In this document: one piece after another, positions 49,731 to 58,474 of the stretch
Layout: each line of letters opens with the position of its first letter
Position numbering within the stretch: the first letter of the stretch is position 1
DNA from: Promethearchaeia archaeon
Lineage (GTDB): Archaea; Asgardarchaeota; Lokiarchaeia; Sigyniarchaeales; SOKP01
Direction of reading: 5' to 3'
Length of the DNA stretch: 64,000 nt
Assembly (NCBI GenBank): GCA_029856125.1
Contig: JAHQWJ010000007.1
Span: 1-64,000 of the forward strand
Translations under genes and position numbers: made by a program
Notes under the pieces: model-generated
The model's input: only the letters and a program-made list of their open reading frames with translations
Databases searched by the model: none
Told to the model about the DNA's origin: nothing

Positions 49731-50222
49731 TTATCGAATCGTTTGATATTTTTTTGCTATTTTTCGAGCAAAATTCATTTGTTCTTTGGTCTCAAGGCTA
49801 CATGATCTGTACTTCTTTATCCATTTTACGGGGTCCATTGACTTTGGTATATAACCGTTCTTTGCCCCCCAAGCGACTATAAATTGTCCAGTTCTTCCAC
49901 AACCTGCGACACAATGAACTACAATTGATTCATTTTTTAACCCATGTTTATCACAGATGGCTAAGAATGTTTCGATTTGGTTTTCTGTAGGTAATCCGTA
50001 ATCTGGAACGTTTATATGATAAAATTCAAACGAATTTCGAATCTCCCTGCTGTTTTCAAATTCTGTGCAGTTTATAACAACTAGTATCCGTTCCTCTTTA
50101 AACTTTTTGATTACAGGTGGGTCTGGCCACCAACTAGCTGCTATTTTCCCTTTAACGATCCAAGTAAATGGCTCAGATTTATAAGGCATCCCATCTATAG
50201 GCCAGTAAGTTGGTCTAACCAT
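49731..50222 (-). CDS. Dual-specificity protein phosphatase
   Basis: VPDYGLP acid loop, HCVAGCGRTG, SLETKEQ. Confidence 0.9.
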   Translation of the reverse strand: MVRPTYWPIDGMPYKSEPFTWIVKGKIAASWWPDPPVIKKFKEERILVVINCTEFENSREIRNSFEFYHINVPDYGLPTENQIETFLAICDKHGLKNESIVVHCVAGCGRTGQFIVAWGAKNGYIPKSMDPVKWIKKYRSCSLETKEQMNFARKIAKKYQTIR

Positions 50223-50309
50223 AGCACTCTTATCATATTTTAATTAATCTTAAATCTTTATAATCTTTAAAGAGTAATAATAATTAATACAATTTAGAGC
50301 TTATTAAAA

Positions 50310-50780
50310 ATGACTGGTAAAAAAACTTTAAAACCCTTCGATTTAAGGCAATATCCCATAGTTCCATTGGTTGGAGTGGGGGTATTGTTAACCAGGGATA
50401 ACTCTTTATTACTAGTAAAGCGAAAATACAATCCCGATGCTGGTTATTGGGCAATTCCCGGAGGACACTTAGACCTTGGTGAAAGAACTGAAATTGCAGC
50501 TGAAAGGGAAGCTTATGAAGAAACAGGCTTTAATGTGAAAGTTTCTAAACTAGCAGGCATAATTGATAAGATTATGTACGACACCAACGGTAAAGTCGAA
50601 TACCATTATGTTTTGATTAATTATTTTGTTGAACAGATAGAAGGAGATCAGAACCAACAACCAATACCAAATTCTGACGCTTTAGATGCTAAATTCGTGG
50701 ATTTTGATGATTTAAATAATTATACTTTAACAGAATCATTAATTGAGCTATTGAAACAGTTAAAAATAGGTTATGATTAG
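50310..50780 (+). CDS. Nudix hydrolase
   Basis: GGHLDLGERTEIAAEREAYEETG Nudix box. Confidence 0.93.
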   Translation: MTGKKTLKPFDLRQYPIVPLVGVGVLLTRDNSLLLVKRKYNPDAGYWAIPGGHLDLGERTEIAAEREAYEETGFNVKVSKLAGIIDKIMYDTNGKVEYHYVLINYFVEQIEGDQNQQPIPNSDALDAKFVDFDDLNNYTLTESLIELLKQLKIGYD

Positions 50781-50862
50781 ATAAATTTTATTGAAGGATA
50801 TGATTAAAGTTTGGAATACCTTTGATGAAGCTCTTGCCATAATGGGAAATTTTACTTCTTTT

Positions 50863-51765
50863 TTATTTATGCTCAAATGAGTCGTGTATGAAATTGCTTA
50901 TTTTCTCTATGGCTTTTTGACTCTCAGGTGCGACTTTTGCAAATACAGGAAATGCGTGTATCATATCTTCCCAAATATCTAGTATCACCTCTACTCCTGC
51001 TGACTTAGCGTTTTCTGCTAGACGAATAGAGTCATCGTATAGAATTTCTGCTGTGCCCGCTATGATAAAGAGTGGAGGTAATCTTTGGAGATCAGCATAA
51101 ACTGGTGAAATGAAAGGGTTTCTAGGATCATTTTCCTTTACATAAAGATTCGCTGCAAAATCTAAACCATGTGGAGTAGTAAAAGGATCTTTATTTGCTC
51201 TTGCTTTAAATGTTTCACCGGTAAAGGCTAAATCTGCCCATGGTGAAATACATACTGCTGCCGCTGGTAGTTTGGTTCCTAAATCTCTTAACTTTAAAAG
51301 CGTGGCAACAGTCAGTCCTCCACCAGCTGATACTCCAGCAATTACTATTTTATTGGGAGTAAACTTTTTTTCTTTCATAAGCCAATTATAAGCTTTTACC
51401 GTATCATCTAAAGCTGCTGGAAAAGGGTCTTCAGGAGCTAGTCTATAATCTACACTTAGAAGTTGTGCTTTAGCGAAGCGAGAGATTAATACTGCATGGT
51501 ACTTAGATGTATCAACTGATCCTGCGATATAGGCTCCTCCATGTAAAAATAATACAATACGATCATTTTTTGATTCAGGAGTAAAAAACAAATTACACCA
51601 CAATCCATCAATATCTATTAGTTCAGATTTCACATCATCCGGGAGTTTAACTCCTTCGGTCATTACTTCCAATCCTTTACGGTGATCTTGTACTCGCTTT
51701 TTAATTTCAAGGGACCTATTATAAAACAATCCCTTAATTACATATCCCATTTGTTTACTAACCAT
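50863..51765 (-). CDS. Alpha/beta hydrolase (HSL family esterase)
   Basis: HGGAY, YRLAPE, GVSAGG, MIHAF. Confidence 0.92.
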   Translation of the reverse strand: MVSKQMGYVIKGLFYNRSLEIKKRVQDHRKGLEVMTEGVKLPDDVKSELIDIDGLWCNLFFTPESKNDRIVLFLHGGAYIAGSVDTSKYHAVLISRFAKAQLLSVDYRLAPEDPFPAALDDTVKAYNWLMKEKKFTPNKIVIAGVSAGGGLTVATLLKLRDLGTKLPAAAVCISPWADLAFTGETFKARANKDPFTTPHGLDFAANLYVKENDPRNPFISPVYADLQRLPPLFIIAGTAEILYDDSIRLAENAKSAGVEVILDIWEDMIHAFPVFAKVAPESQKAIEKISNFIHDSFEHK

Positions 51766-51956
51766 AACATATCCCCATAATGCTTTTGAGTATAAAAATT
51801 ATACATATGAAATAAATATAGAGATTGATAAGTGCTATTTGAATTGTTTTATTATTTATTAAACAAAAGAATTTAATTCTACTTTTATTATTACTTATAG
51901 AAAACTATCATTTAACGAATTGTAAATGCTAAAATAATTGATAAAGGCTAACTGAT

Positions 51957-53270
51957 TTGTCCACACTTATTAGAACTGCGAGAGAAGGAAAAATTACTAA
52001 AGAGATGGAAATAGTTGCTCAAAAAGAGCAAGTTGATGTTGATTACATACGCAAAGGCTTAGCAAAAGGACGGATAGTTATTCCAAAATCCAATCGACGC
52101 GATACCGAACCTATGGGTATAGGGGAAGGCTTATTAGTAAAGATAAACGCTAATATTGGTTCCAGTAAACGAGTATGTAATATTGAAGAAGAATTAGAAA
52201 AAGCCAAGATCGCTGTAAAATTTGGGGCGGATACCGTTATGGATTTAAGCACTGGAGTAACTGAAGTAGATGTTAATAACATTCGGAAACAAATTTTAAA
52301 CGAGATTAAAGTTCCAATAGGAACAGTTCCAATTTACCAATCTGCATTAAGAGCTCTAGAGAATAAAGGAGCTATTATAAATTTTGATGAGGACGATCTT
52401 TTTAATGTGGTGGAAGAGCAAGCTAAGGAAGGGGTGGACTTCTTTACAATTCACGTAGGGGTGACTAAGGATCTTGTTAATTACCTAAAAGACCACCCAA
52501 GAACCATGGGGGTTGTTTCGCGCGGAGGGACTTTTTTAGCTGCTTGGATTTTGGAGAATGATTTAGAAAATCCGTTTAATCGTAATTACGATTATTTATT
52601 AGATATGGCTAAACAATATGACTTTACCCTTTCGCTTGGCGATGGCATGAGGCCGGGGAGTATCTTCGATTCAACAGATTACGCTCAAATTCAAGAACTT
52701 ATGGAAATATCCAAATTAGTTAAGCGTGCTTGGGCACAGAACGTTCAGGTAATGGTTGAAGGACCGGGACACATCCCTGCCAATGAGATCGAAAGAAACA
52801 TTAAAATTATGAAATCTCTATGCGATAACGCACCCTTTTACGTGTTAGGGCCTTTAGTAACTGATATTGCTCCGGGATACGATCACATTGTAAGTGCTAT
52901 CGGTGGTGTTATGGCGGGATTAGCGGGAGCTGACTATCTCTGTTACGTTACTCCATCTGAACACTTAGCATTACCTAACAAGGAAGAAGTAAAGAGAGGC
53001 GTAATTGCCTCAAAAATCGCGGCCCACGCAGTAAATATAGCCAAATACGGGAAAAGAGCATCAGACTGGGATTTAAAAATGGATATAGCTCGAAAGAATC
53101 TAGATTGGGAAGGAATGATACAACATTCAATAGATCCAGAATTATCCCGGGAGATCCATTATCGAAATGGAAAGATAGAGAATGATGTTTGTAGCATGTG
53201 TGGTGAATTTTGCGCAATTAAAATCCTACAAGACGCATTAAACAAGACTGCTTCAAAAAAAATAGTATAG
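51957..53270 (+). CDS. thiC: Phosphomethylpyrimidine synthase
   Basis: KINANIGSS, DTVMDLST, SRGG, EGPGH, YVTPSEHL, CSMCGEFC. Confidence 0.95.
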   Translation: MSTLIRTAREGKITKEMEIVAQKEQVDVDYIRKGLAKGRIVIPKSNRRDTEPMGIGEGLLVKINANIGSSKRVCNIEEELEKAKIAVKFGADTVMDLSTGVTEVDVNNIRKQILNEIKVPIGTVPIYQSALRALENKGAIINFDEDDLFNVVEEQAKEGVDFFTIHVGVTKDLVNYLKDHPRTMGVVSRGGTFLAAWILENDLENPFNRNYDYLLDMAKQYDFTLSLGDGMRPGSIFDSTDYAQIQELMEISKLVKRAWAQNVQVMVEGPGHIPANEIERNIKIMKSLCDNAPFYVLGPLVTDIAPGYDHIVSAIGGVMAGLAGADYLCYVTPSEHLALPNKEEVKRGVIASKIAAHAVNIAKYGKRASDWDLKMDIARKNLDWEGMIQHSIDPELSREIHYRNGKIENDVCSMCGEFCAIKILQDALNKTASKKIV

Positions 53271-53431
53271 ATAATTTAATACTAACCGTTTGTAGATGCG
53301 ACTTAGGTCTTAATTTACAATTTCGGTAAACTTAAATTTAAATAATTAAACTTTTACTATTTATTAAATCGCTATTAGGTTAGGGGTAATAGCTAAGGAT
53401 TAAGAATTCTAATTAAAGCAATACCATTTTT

Positions 53432-53935
53432 ATGATTGAAAATACAGAACGGTATATACTATGTAAATTAGGAGGTTTCGATTTATCTAATCCAGAGATT
53501 GTCATCTCCTATCCTACTCTTGATCCTACCCTCAGCGAATCAGAGGATTTACTTTCTAAATGTCTCCCAATAGGTATTAATAGTGGAGATTTTTCAGTTA
53601 GCAAATATAGTAAGTGTAATGTTTTGTCATATGCATTCAAAATAGAACATGAAGAAGAAAGAAACGATTTATTAACAATTTCTATTCTTTTAAAGAAAAA
53701 GTTAAATGTTGATGTTTACAAACCAGTTTTAGAGAACATTATCTCTACATTGAAATATTGCGACCTGCTAACTGAAAAAATTTTGGCAGATTATATTCAA
53801 ACTATTTATAATGGTATTAATGAAGAAAAATTAATATTGATCGATGGTGTTCCTATCGATCTATCAATCATTTTTAAAGAGATAAGATCAAAAATATTTA
53901 AACCAAGACCTGAAGTAAAAGGGAGTTTTTTCTGA
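53432..53935 (+). CDS. Stand-alone uDENN/longin-like protein (cassette 2, gene A)
   Basis: CKLGG..SNPEIVISYP..LLSKCLPIG; ends EVKGSFF like paralog ELKGSFL. Confidence 0.6.
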   Translation: MIENTERYILCKLGGFDLSNPEIVISYPTLDPTLSESEDLLSKCLPIGINSGDFSVSKYSKCNVLSYAFKIEHEEERNDLLTISILLKKKLNVDVYKPVLENIISTLKYCDLLTEKILADYIQTIYNGINEEKLILIDGVPIDLSIIFKEIRSKIFKPRPEVKGSFF

Positions 53936-54588
53936 TGTTAGGACAAGCAGTTGATATAATAGAACTTATGGCAAATTATCTTGGAATTATTATTATTCCA
54001 ATTATGACGATCATTTTGGGTAGAAAAGTGATTTTAGAAAGAAGAGAAATAGAAAAGCTTAATATGATTAGATTTATTATTTTTTGCATTTTCTTAACGC
54101 TTTCCTGGATGCTAATATGGGAGTTTATTTATGAAAGCACACCGCTCGGTGATGTTCTCAATGTAGAATTAATAATCTCAATTAACACATTTTCGTTTTA
54201 TAGTTTTGGCTTAGGATTAATGATCACTCTAGCTATATCAATGGTGAGTTATACAAATCGATGGGAGTCGCTATATTACATATCCTTTTTTATATTCGCA
54301 GGAATGTTTATCGTATTTTTGTCAACAGAAATATCTATTTTTCTTCTTCCTTATGTTTTTGCGGGTGGAGTAATAGCAGTTGTGTTTTTATTTGCTACTG
54401 GGTTTAAATTTAAAGATAATAGCTCATTAGGGCTGGCTATCTTTGCTACTCTCATTTTTCCAACCCTAATAGCAGAAAAAACGATAGTTGGACAGATGTT
54501 AAGTTTAATATATCCTATTTTTGGGTTAATTTTCGCCCTCGGTTATTTCAAATTATTTAAAGCAAAGGTGGTTGAGCAAAATGAGTGA
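53935..54588 (+). CDS. 7-TM membrane protein (cassette 2, gene B)
   Basis: TGATG overlap; shares IIIP..T..GRK, NRW..L.Y, KDN..L.LAIF with 41264 paralog. Confidence 0.75.
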   Translation: MLGQAVDIIELMANYLGIIIIPIMTIILGRKVILERREIEKLNMIRFIIFCIFLTLSWMLIWEFIYESTPLGDVLNVELIISINTFSFYSFGLGLMITLAISMVSYTNRWESLYYISFFIFAGMFIVFLSTEISIFLLPYVFAGGVIAVVFLFATGFKFKDNSSLGLAIFATLIFPTLIAEKTIVGQMLSLIYPIFGLIFALGYFKLFKAKVVEQNE

Positions 54589-55228
54589 TTTACCAATATT
54601 TTTATTATTAGAAGTTGTTTTTTTGGTTTTTTGCATCGTTACAATACTGATTATTCTCAGAACATACTTAGAGATTAGGGAATCTATTTATCTTGGATTA
54701 ATGGTTTTCTTTGCTGCAATGCTTTTTAATTCACTTTTTCGGATTATTAATCTATTCATTACACTAGATTTGACTGTCGGAGTCAAACTAAGCTCATCTA
54801 ACATTATCGCCCTATTAATTTTCAGCATTCAACTGCGATTCTTCCTTTATTTAAAAAAACTAATAAAATTATATTGGCTTCCATTAGTTGCCAGTTTCTA
54901 CATAGGTTTTGGGCTAATTGTAAATGCTTCTCTAATATTTTTTATCTCTTATGCTGTAGTGATCGGTTTTGTTATTCCTGTCATACTATTAAGAGAAGGC
55001 AGAAAAACACGTAACGGTCTTGCCGTTGGACTTGGAATATTCTTTCTAATATATGGACTAAGTAAAATGCTTCAAGTTCCATTCGTACCTGAATTATTAA
55101 GAATTATCGGAATAATTATCTCCACTTTAGCAGTTTTAGAGTTCTTTGATAAGTATCTTTTCTACGATAAGGAAGAAAAAGAAAAAATTCAGAACGCTTG
55201 GATTTCAAAACTAACTGATAAGAAATAA
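54581..55228 (+). CDS. 7-TM membrane protein (cassette 2, gene C)
   Basis: Overlapping start; IQL.F..YL..L.KLY.LP, GRKTRNGLA, tail EKEKIQNAWISKL. Confidence 0.75.
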   Translation: MSDLPIFLLLEVVFLVFCIVTILIILRTYLEIRESIYLGLMVFFAAMLFNSLFRIINLFITLDLTVGVKLSSSNIIALLIFSIQLRFFLYLKKLIKLYWLPLVASFYIGFGLIVNASLIFFISYAVVIGFVIPVILLREGRKTRNGLAVGLGIFFLIYGLSKMLQVPFVPELLRIIGIIISTLAVLEFFDKYLFYDKEEKEKIQNAWISKLTDKK

Positions 55229-55405
55229 AAGGATTCTATGCAAAATAGATAAATTTTTACACTATTCTTTGACTTAAGTTTAAATATAAAAACTCTTACT
55301 ATTTAGTTAAGCTCTATGGTCTAAGGGATAAGGGACATGGAAAAAATTTTTTTGTGTTCAAATCACTCGCTCTAAAAATTATTAAAATAACAGATGTGAG
55401 AAATA

Positions 55406-56305
55406 ATGGGTGTTAAAAATATTTTGCATAAACTTTTCGCTAAGGAAAAAAAAATTGTAATCTGTGGGTTGGATAATGCAGGAAAAAGCACTTTAGTAAG
55501 CTTTCTCCAAAATGGAACTTTTGTTAAGCACACTCCTACTATGGGAAAGGATTTAACTAAATTAGAAGTTCAAGGTATTCCTATAAATCTTATGGACATG
55601 GGTGGTCAAAAAGATTTTAGAGATATGTGGTTAGGAGAACTCTCAAACGCATCATGTGTAATTTTTATGATAGACGCTTACGCCCAAGAAAGATTTAACG
55701 AAGCGAAAGACGAATTATGGAAACTATCTTCAGTTTTTAAGAAGAAACCATTAATTGTATTAACAAATAAGAACGATATGACTCCAGTAGCTTCCGCGGG
55801 CGATATTATAAAAGCGCTGGACTTGCATAAAATTGATACATTTGAAATACTTCCTATTTCCTGCAAAACGGGATATGGTATTGTATCAGCATTCACGAAA
55901 ATTTATCACAAACTTACTGGGAAACAGTTAGGTAATGCAGTAACTCCTAAGGCAGTAACAGTTTTTGATAGGGGAGGAGTCCCATTGACATCTTCTTCCA
56001 ATCAAGATATCTTGCATGGCGGTTTATTTGCTGCTATTACTCAATACGCTAAAGAGTCTTTTAACTCTGAACTAAATCAAATTAGACTTGAGGGTAATAT
56101 TATCCTTTTTAAACGGACTAACCACCTAATGGGATCGATAGTTCTCAGAGAAGAGGATAGTGAAATGATAAAAGAAGCAGAAGTAGGATTAGGTGAATTG
56201 CTTTCACATCTTGAACATATGTGCCCTGAACTTGAAAAGGAGCAAACGGATGCTAAAAAAATTGAGTATTTAGTCGAGCAATACTCTTCAAATCTTATGA
56301 ATTAA
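55406..56305 (+). CDS. Arf-like GTPase-longin fusion (cassette 2, gene D)
   Basis: MGVKNILHKLFAKE, GLDNAGKST, DMGGQ, NKND, SCK; C-terminal longin; close paralog of 42840. Confidence 0.9.
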   Translation: MGVKNILHKLFAKEKKIVICGLDNAGKSTLVSFLQNGTFVKHTPTMGKDLTKLEVQGIPINLMDMGGQKDFRDMWLGELSNASCVIFMIDAYAQERFNEAKDELWKLSSVFKKKPLIVLTNKNDMTPVASAGDIIKALDLHKIDTFEILPISCKTGYGIVSAFTKIYHKLTGKQLGNAVTPKAVTVFDRGGVPLTSSSNQDILHGGLFAAITQYAKESFNSELNQIRLEGNIILFKRTNHLMGSIVLREEDSEMIKEAEVGLGELLSHLEHMCPELEKEQTDAKKIEYLVEQYSSNLMN

Positions 56306-56362
56306 AATCTGGTGTTTTGCCCTTATTAACCTTATTTTTATGTTATTCTAATTACGGCGTTA

Positions 56363-57769
56363 TTACTCATTATCTATAACTCTTACAATTTTAATCAATT
56401 TTTCAATCATATCCTTAGAAGTTTTGCTAAACAACCTAACCATCGGTTCTTTACCGATCGATCCTTTGTCCCAAATAAGATCGGGTATCTCACCCATTTT
56501 ATTTATGCTTTCTTCAATTAGCCATCTCATTGTAGATCGTTCCTCATGTTTAATGGAGTCTGGTTGTGATTCCCTCAATAATTCAAATGTCGTTAAGTTT
56601 GTTTTCTCTTGAATTCCTTTAACATACTTTTCTTTATATCGTAGATTTGTAACAAAGTTAATCGAGTTGTCAAATTCCTTTGCTGAAAGAATCAGTCGGG
56701 CAGTGTGATCTGATACGTTAAATTTTATTTCTCCGGAAGCATGTGGATACCCCCCTATAATTGTTATTCTCCCTTCAATTCCCGCTATTTCTTCTTTACT
56801 AGTTGCATTAGGTAAAGAACCCGAAATATTCATTCTTACTTCAGGTATTAACTTTCTAAATTTCGTATTATTAGAAACATAATTATAAATCTCCTTTATC
56901 TGATCAATAACCTCGATCTGTTCTTGTCCTAAAGTTAAATCTAATATTTTACCTTGTAGCGGTAATTCAATATATGATTGAAATCTGCTGTTGAAAAATG
57001 TTTCTGCTTTTTCTATTGATGCTCTTATAGAATTTTCTAATGACAAATAAGCAGTAATTGCCGAAGAAAAAACACACCCCGTTCCATGTATGTTTCCTTG
57101 AAATGATGATTTTGGCTTTTCGATTATTTTAAAATCAAGAGTGCCTTTAGTTTTCTCAAAATTACTCACGCAAACAAGGTCAAATATATTATTTTTAGTA
57201 GTTCCTGCACTTTTTATTACAACGGCTTTTTGATTTTCGGAAATTTTGTGATCCACATACATTTTTTTAATTATGATCTCTGCTGCATCTTTGAGCGATT
57301 CTATGTTATCTAAAGTAATATTTTCAAGTTCTTTATTAGCGTAATAACTCGCTTCACCAAGATTTGGAGTTAGAATAGTTACTAAAGGAAAGAGCTCTCT
57401 TTCAATTTCAATTTCAAGTCCTTCGCTCGATAGTCTTTCACCAACACTAGAGATATTAACGGGGTCTAAAACAGCAATTAAATTATGAGTTAGAATCGTG
57501 TTTTTTATTATATCTAAAGACCTATTATCCGGGATCATCCCTATCTTCACATACTTGATAGCGTATGAATTCAAGATAGCATCAAGTTGCTCACCTAATT
57601 CATCTGAGAGCGATTTAAATCCATAGAATTCGGTAGCTGTTTGATATGTAATTGCTGTAATTGCAGAGAAAGGATGAACACCAATTCTGTCAAAAGTTCT
57701 GATATCAGCCTGAATTCCGGCACCAGATGTAGGATCAGAACCTGCGATGGTTAAACAAAATGGTTTCAT
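56363..57769 (-). CDS. thiD: Bifunctional HMP/HMP-P kinase - thiamine-phosphate synthase (ThiD-ThiN)
   Basis: LTIAGSDPTSGAGIQAD, LTPN, HGTGCVFSSA; ThiN part LIPEVRMNI, GRIT, SDHTAR, GKEPMVR. Confidence 0.92.
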   Translation of the reverse strand: MKPFCLTIAGSDPTSGAGIQADIRTFDRIGVHPFSAITAITYQTATEFYGFKSLSDELGEQLDAILNSYAIKYVKIGMIPDNRSLDIIKNTILTHNLIAVLDPVNISSVGERLSSEGLEIEIERELFPLVTILTPNLGEASYYANKELENITLDNIESLKDAAEIIIKKMYVDHKISENQKAVVIKSAGTTKNNIFDLVCVSNFEKTKGTLDFKIIEKPKSSFQGNIHGTGCVFSSAITAYLSLENSIRASIEKAETFFNSRFQSYIELPLQGKILDLTLGQEQIEVIDQIKEIYNYVSNNTKFRKLIPEVRMNISGSLPNATSKEEIAGIEGRITIIGGYPHASGEIKFNVSDHTARLILSAKEFDNSINFVTNLRYKEKYVKGIQEKTNLTTFELLRESQPDSIKHEERSTMRWLIEESINKMGEIPDLIWDKGSIGKEPMVRLFSKTSKDMIEKLIKIVRVIDNE

Positions 57770-57795
57770 AGTATAATATTAGTAAAAATAGAAGC

Positions 57796-58371
57796 TTATT
57801 TAATTCTTTCATACGCCCATTTTGCTTTATCATCTAAACCTAAGGCTTCATATGCCTTTCCAAGGAAAAGAAATCCCTCGGGATGGTCGTATTTTTCTTT
57901 TACTAATTTAAATAACTGATTAATTGCCAGATCATAACGACCTCTCACGTAATTAATCTTACCTTTTAAAAATAAAATATCTTGCCCCTTTTGGATTGAG
58001 TTACTACCGTTATTATGTAAGTCTAACCGTGATAAAGCGTAGTCATACTCTTGTTCGTTAATTAGAATATCAATGGATTCGATAAACTTTAGAAAGGACA
58101 TTTTCGAGGCAATTACTTCCATTTTTTTTAACTCTTCTGTTTTGAGTTCGTTATTTAATGCTGTCAGCTTCTCCTCCTCTCTAAGTTTTATAAAATCTTT
58201 GAACTTGTCAAGCACTCCGTTTGAATATGGAGCTCTACATAATGGACAATTAGAAGAATGAGGTAACCACTCCTTCAAACAATCAGTATGAGCCGAGTGC
58301 CCATTAGGACAATTTTGAACCGAATCTACGCCTTCAATTATACCCAAATGACAAATTATACAACTAGCCAT
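57796..58371 (-). CDS. RING-H2 finger + TPR protein (putative E3 ligase)
   Basis: CIIC...CPNGHSAHTDCLKEW...CPLCR; C-terminal TPRs (LFLKGKINY, FLFLGKAYEALG). Confidence 0.85.
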   Translation of the reverse strand: MASCIICHLGIIEGVDSVQNCPNGHSAHTDCLKEWLPHSSNCPLCRAPYSNGVLDKFKDFIKLREEEKLTALNNELKTEELKKMEVIASKMSFLKFIESIDILINEQEYDYALSRLDLHNNGSNSIQKGQDILFLKGKINYVRGRYDLAINQLFKLVKEKYDHPEGFLFLGKAYEALGLDDKAKWAYERIK

Positions 58372-58474
58372 CTCAATCAGAAAACTATTTAATAAATTAT
58401 AAAATTATCACTTTTAAGTATATGTTGTTTTTAATAATTCACTCTAATATATTCGTATTACCCTTGAATTTATT

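Noticed and set aside
49711-49740. TTATCGAAT direct repeat flanking (ATT)n
   Set aside because: Low-complexity micro-duplication at a gene end; no transposon or array context
51766-51956. TPP riboswitch upstream of thiC
   Set aside because: Region is almost pure A/T with no recognisable TPP aptamer core or stems
40772-56305. Cassette duplication as an assembly artefact or mobile element
   Set aside because: Copies are strongly diverged in sequence, and no transposase, integrase or terminal repeats are visible
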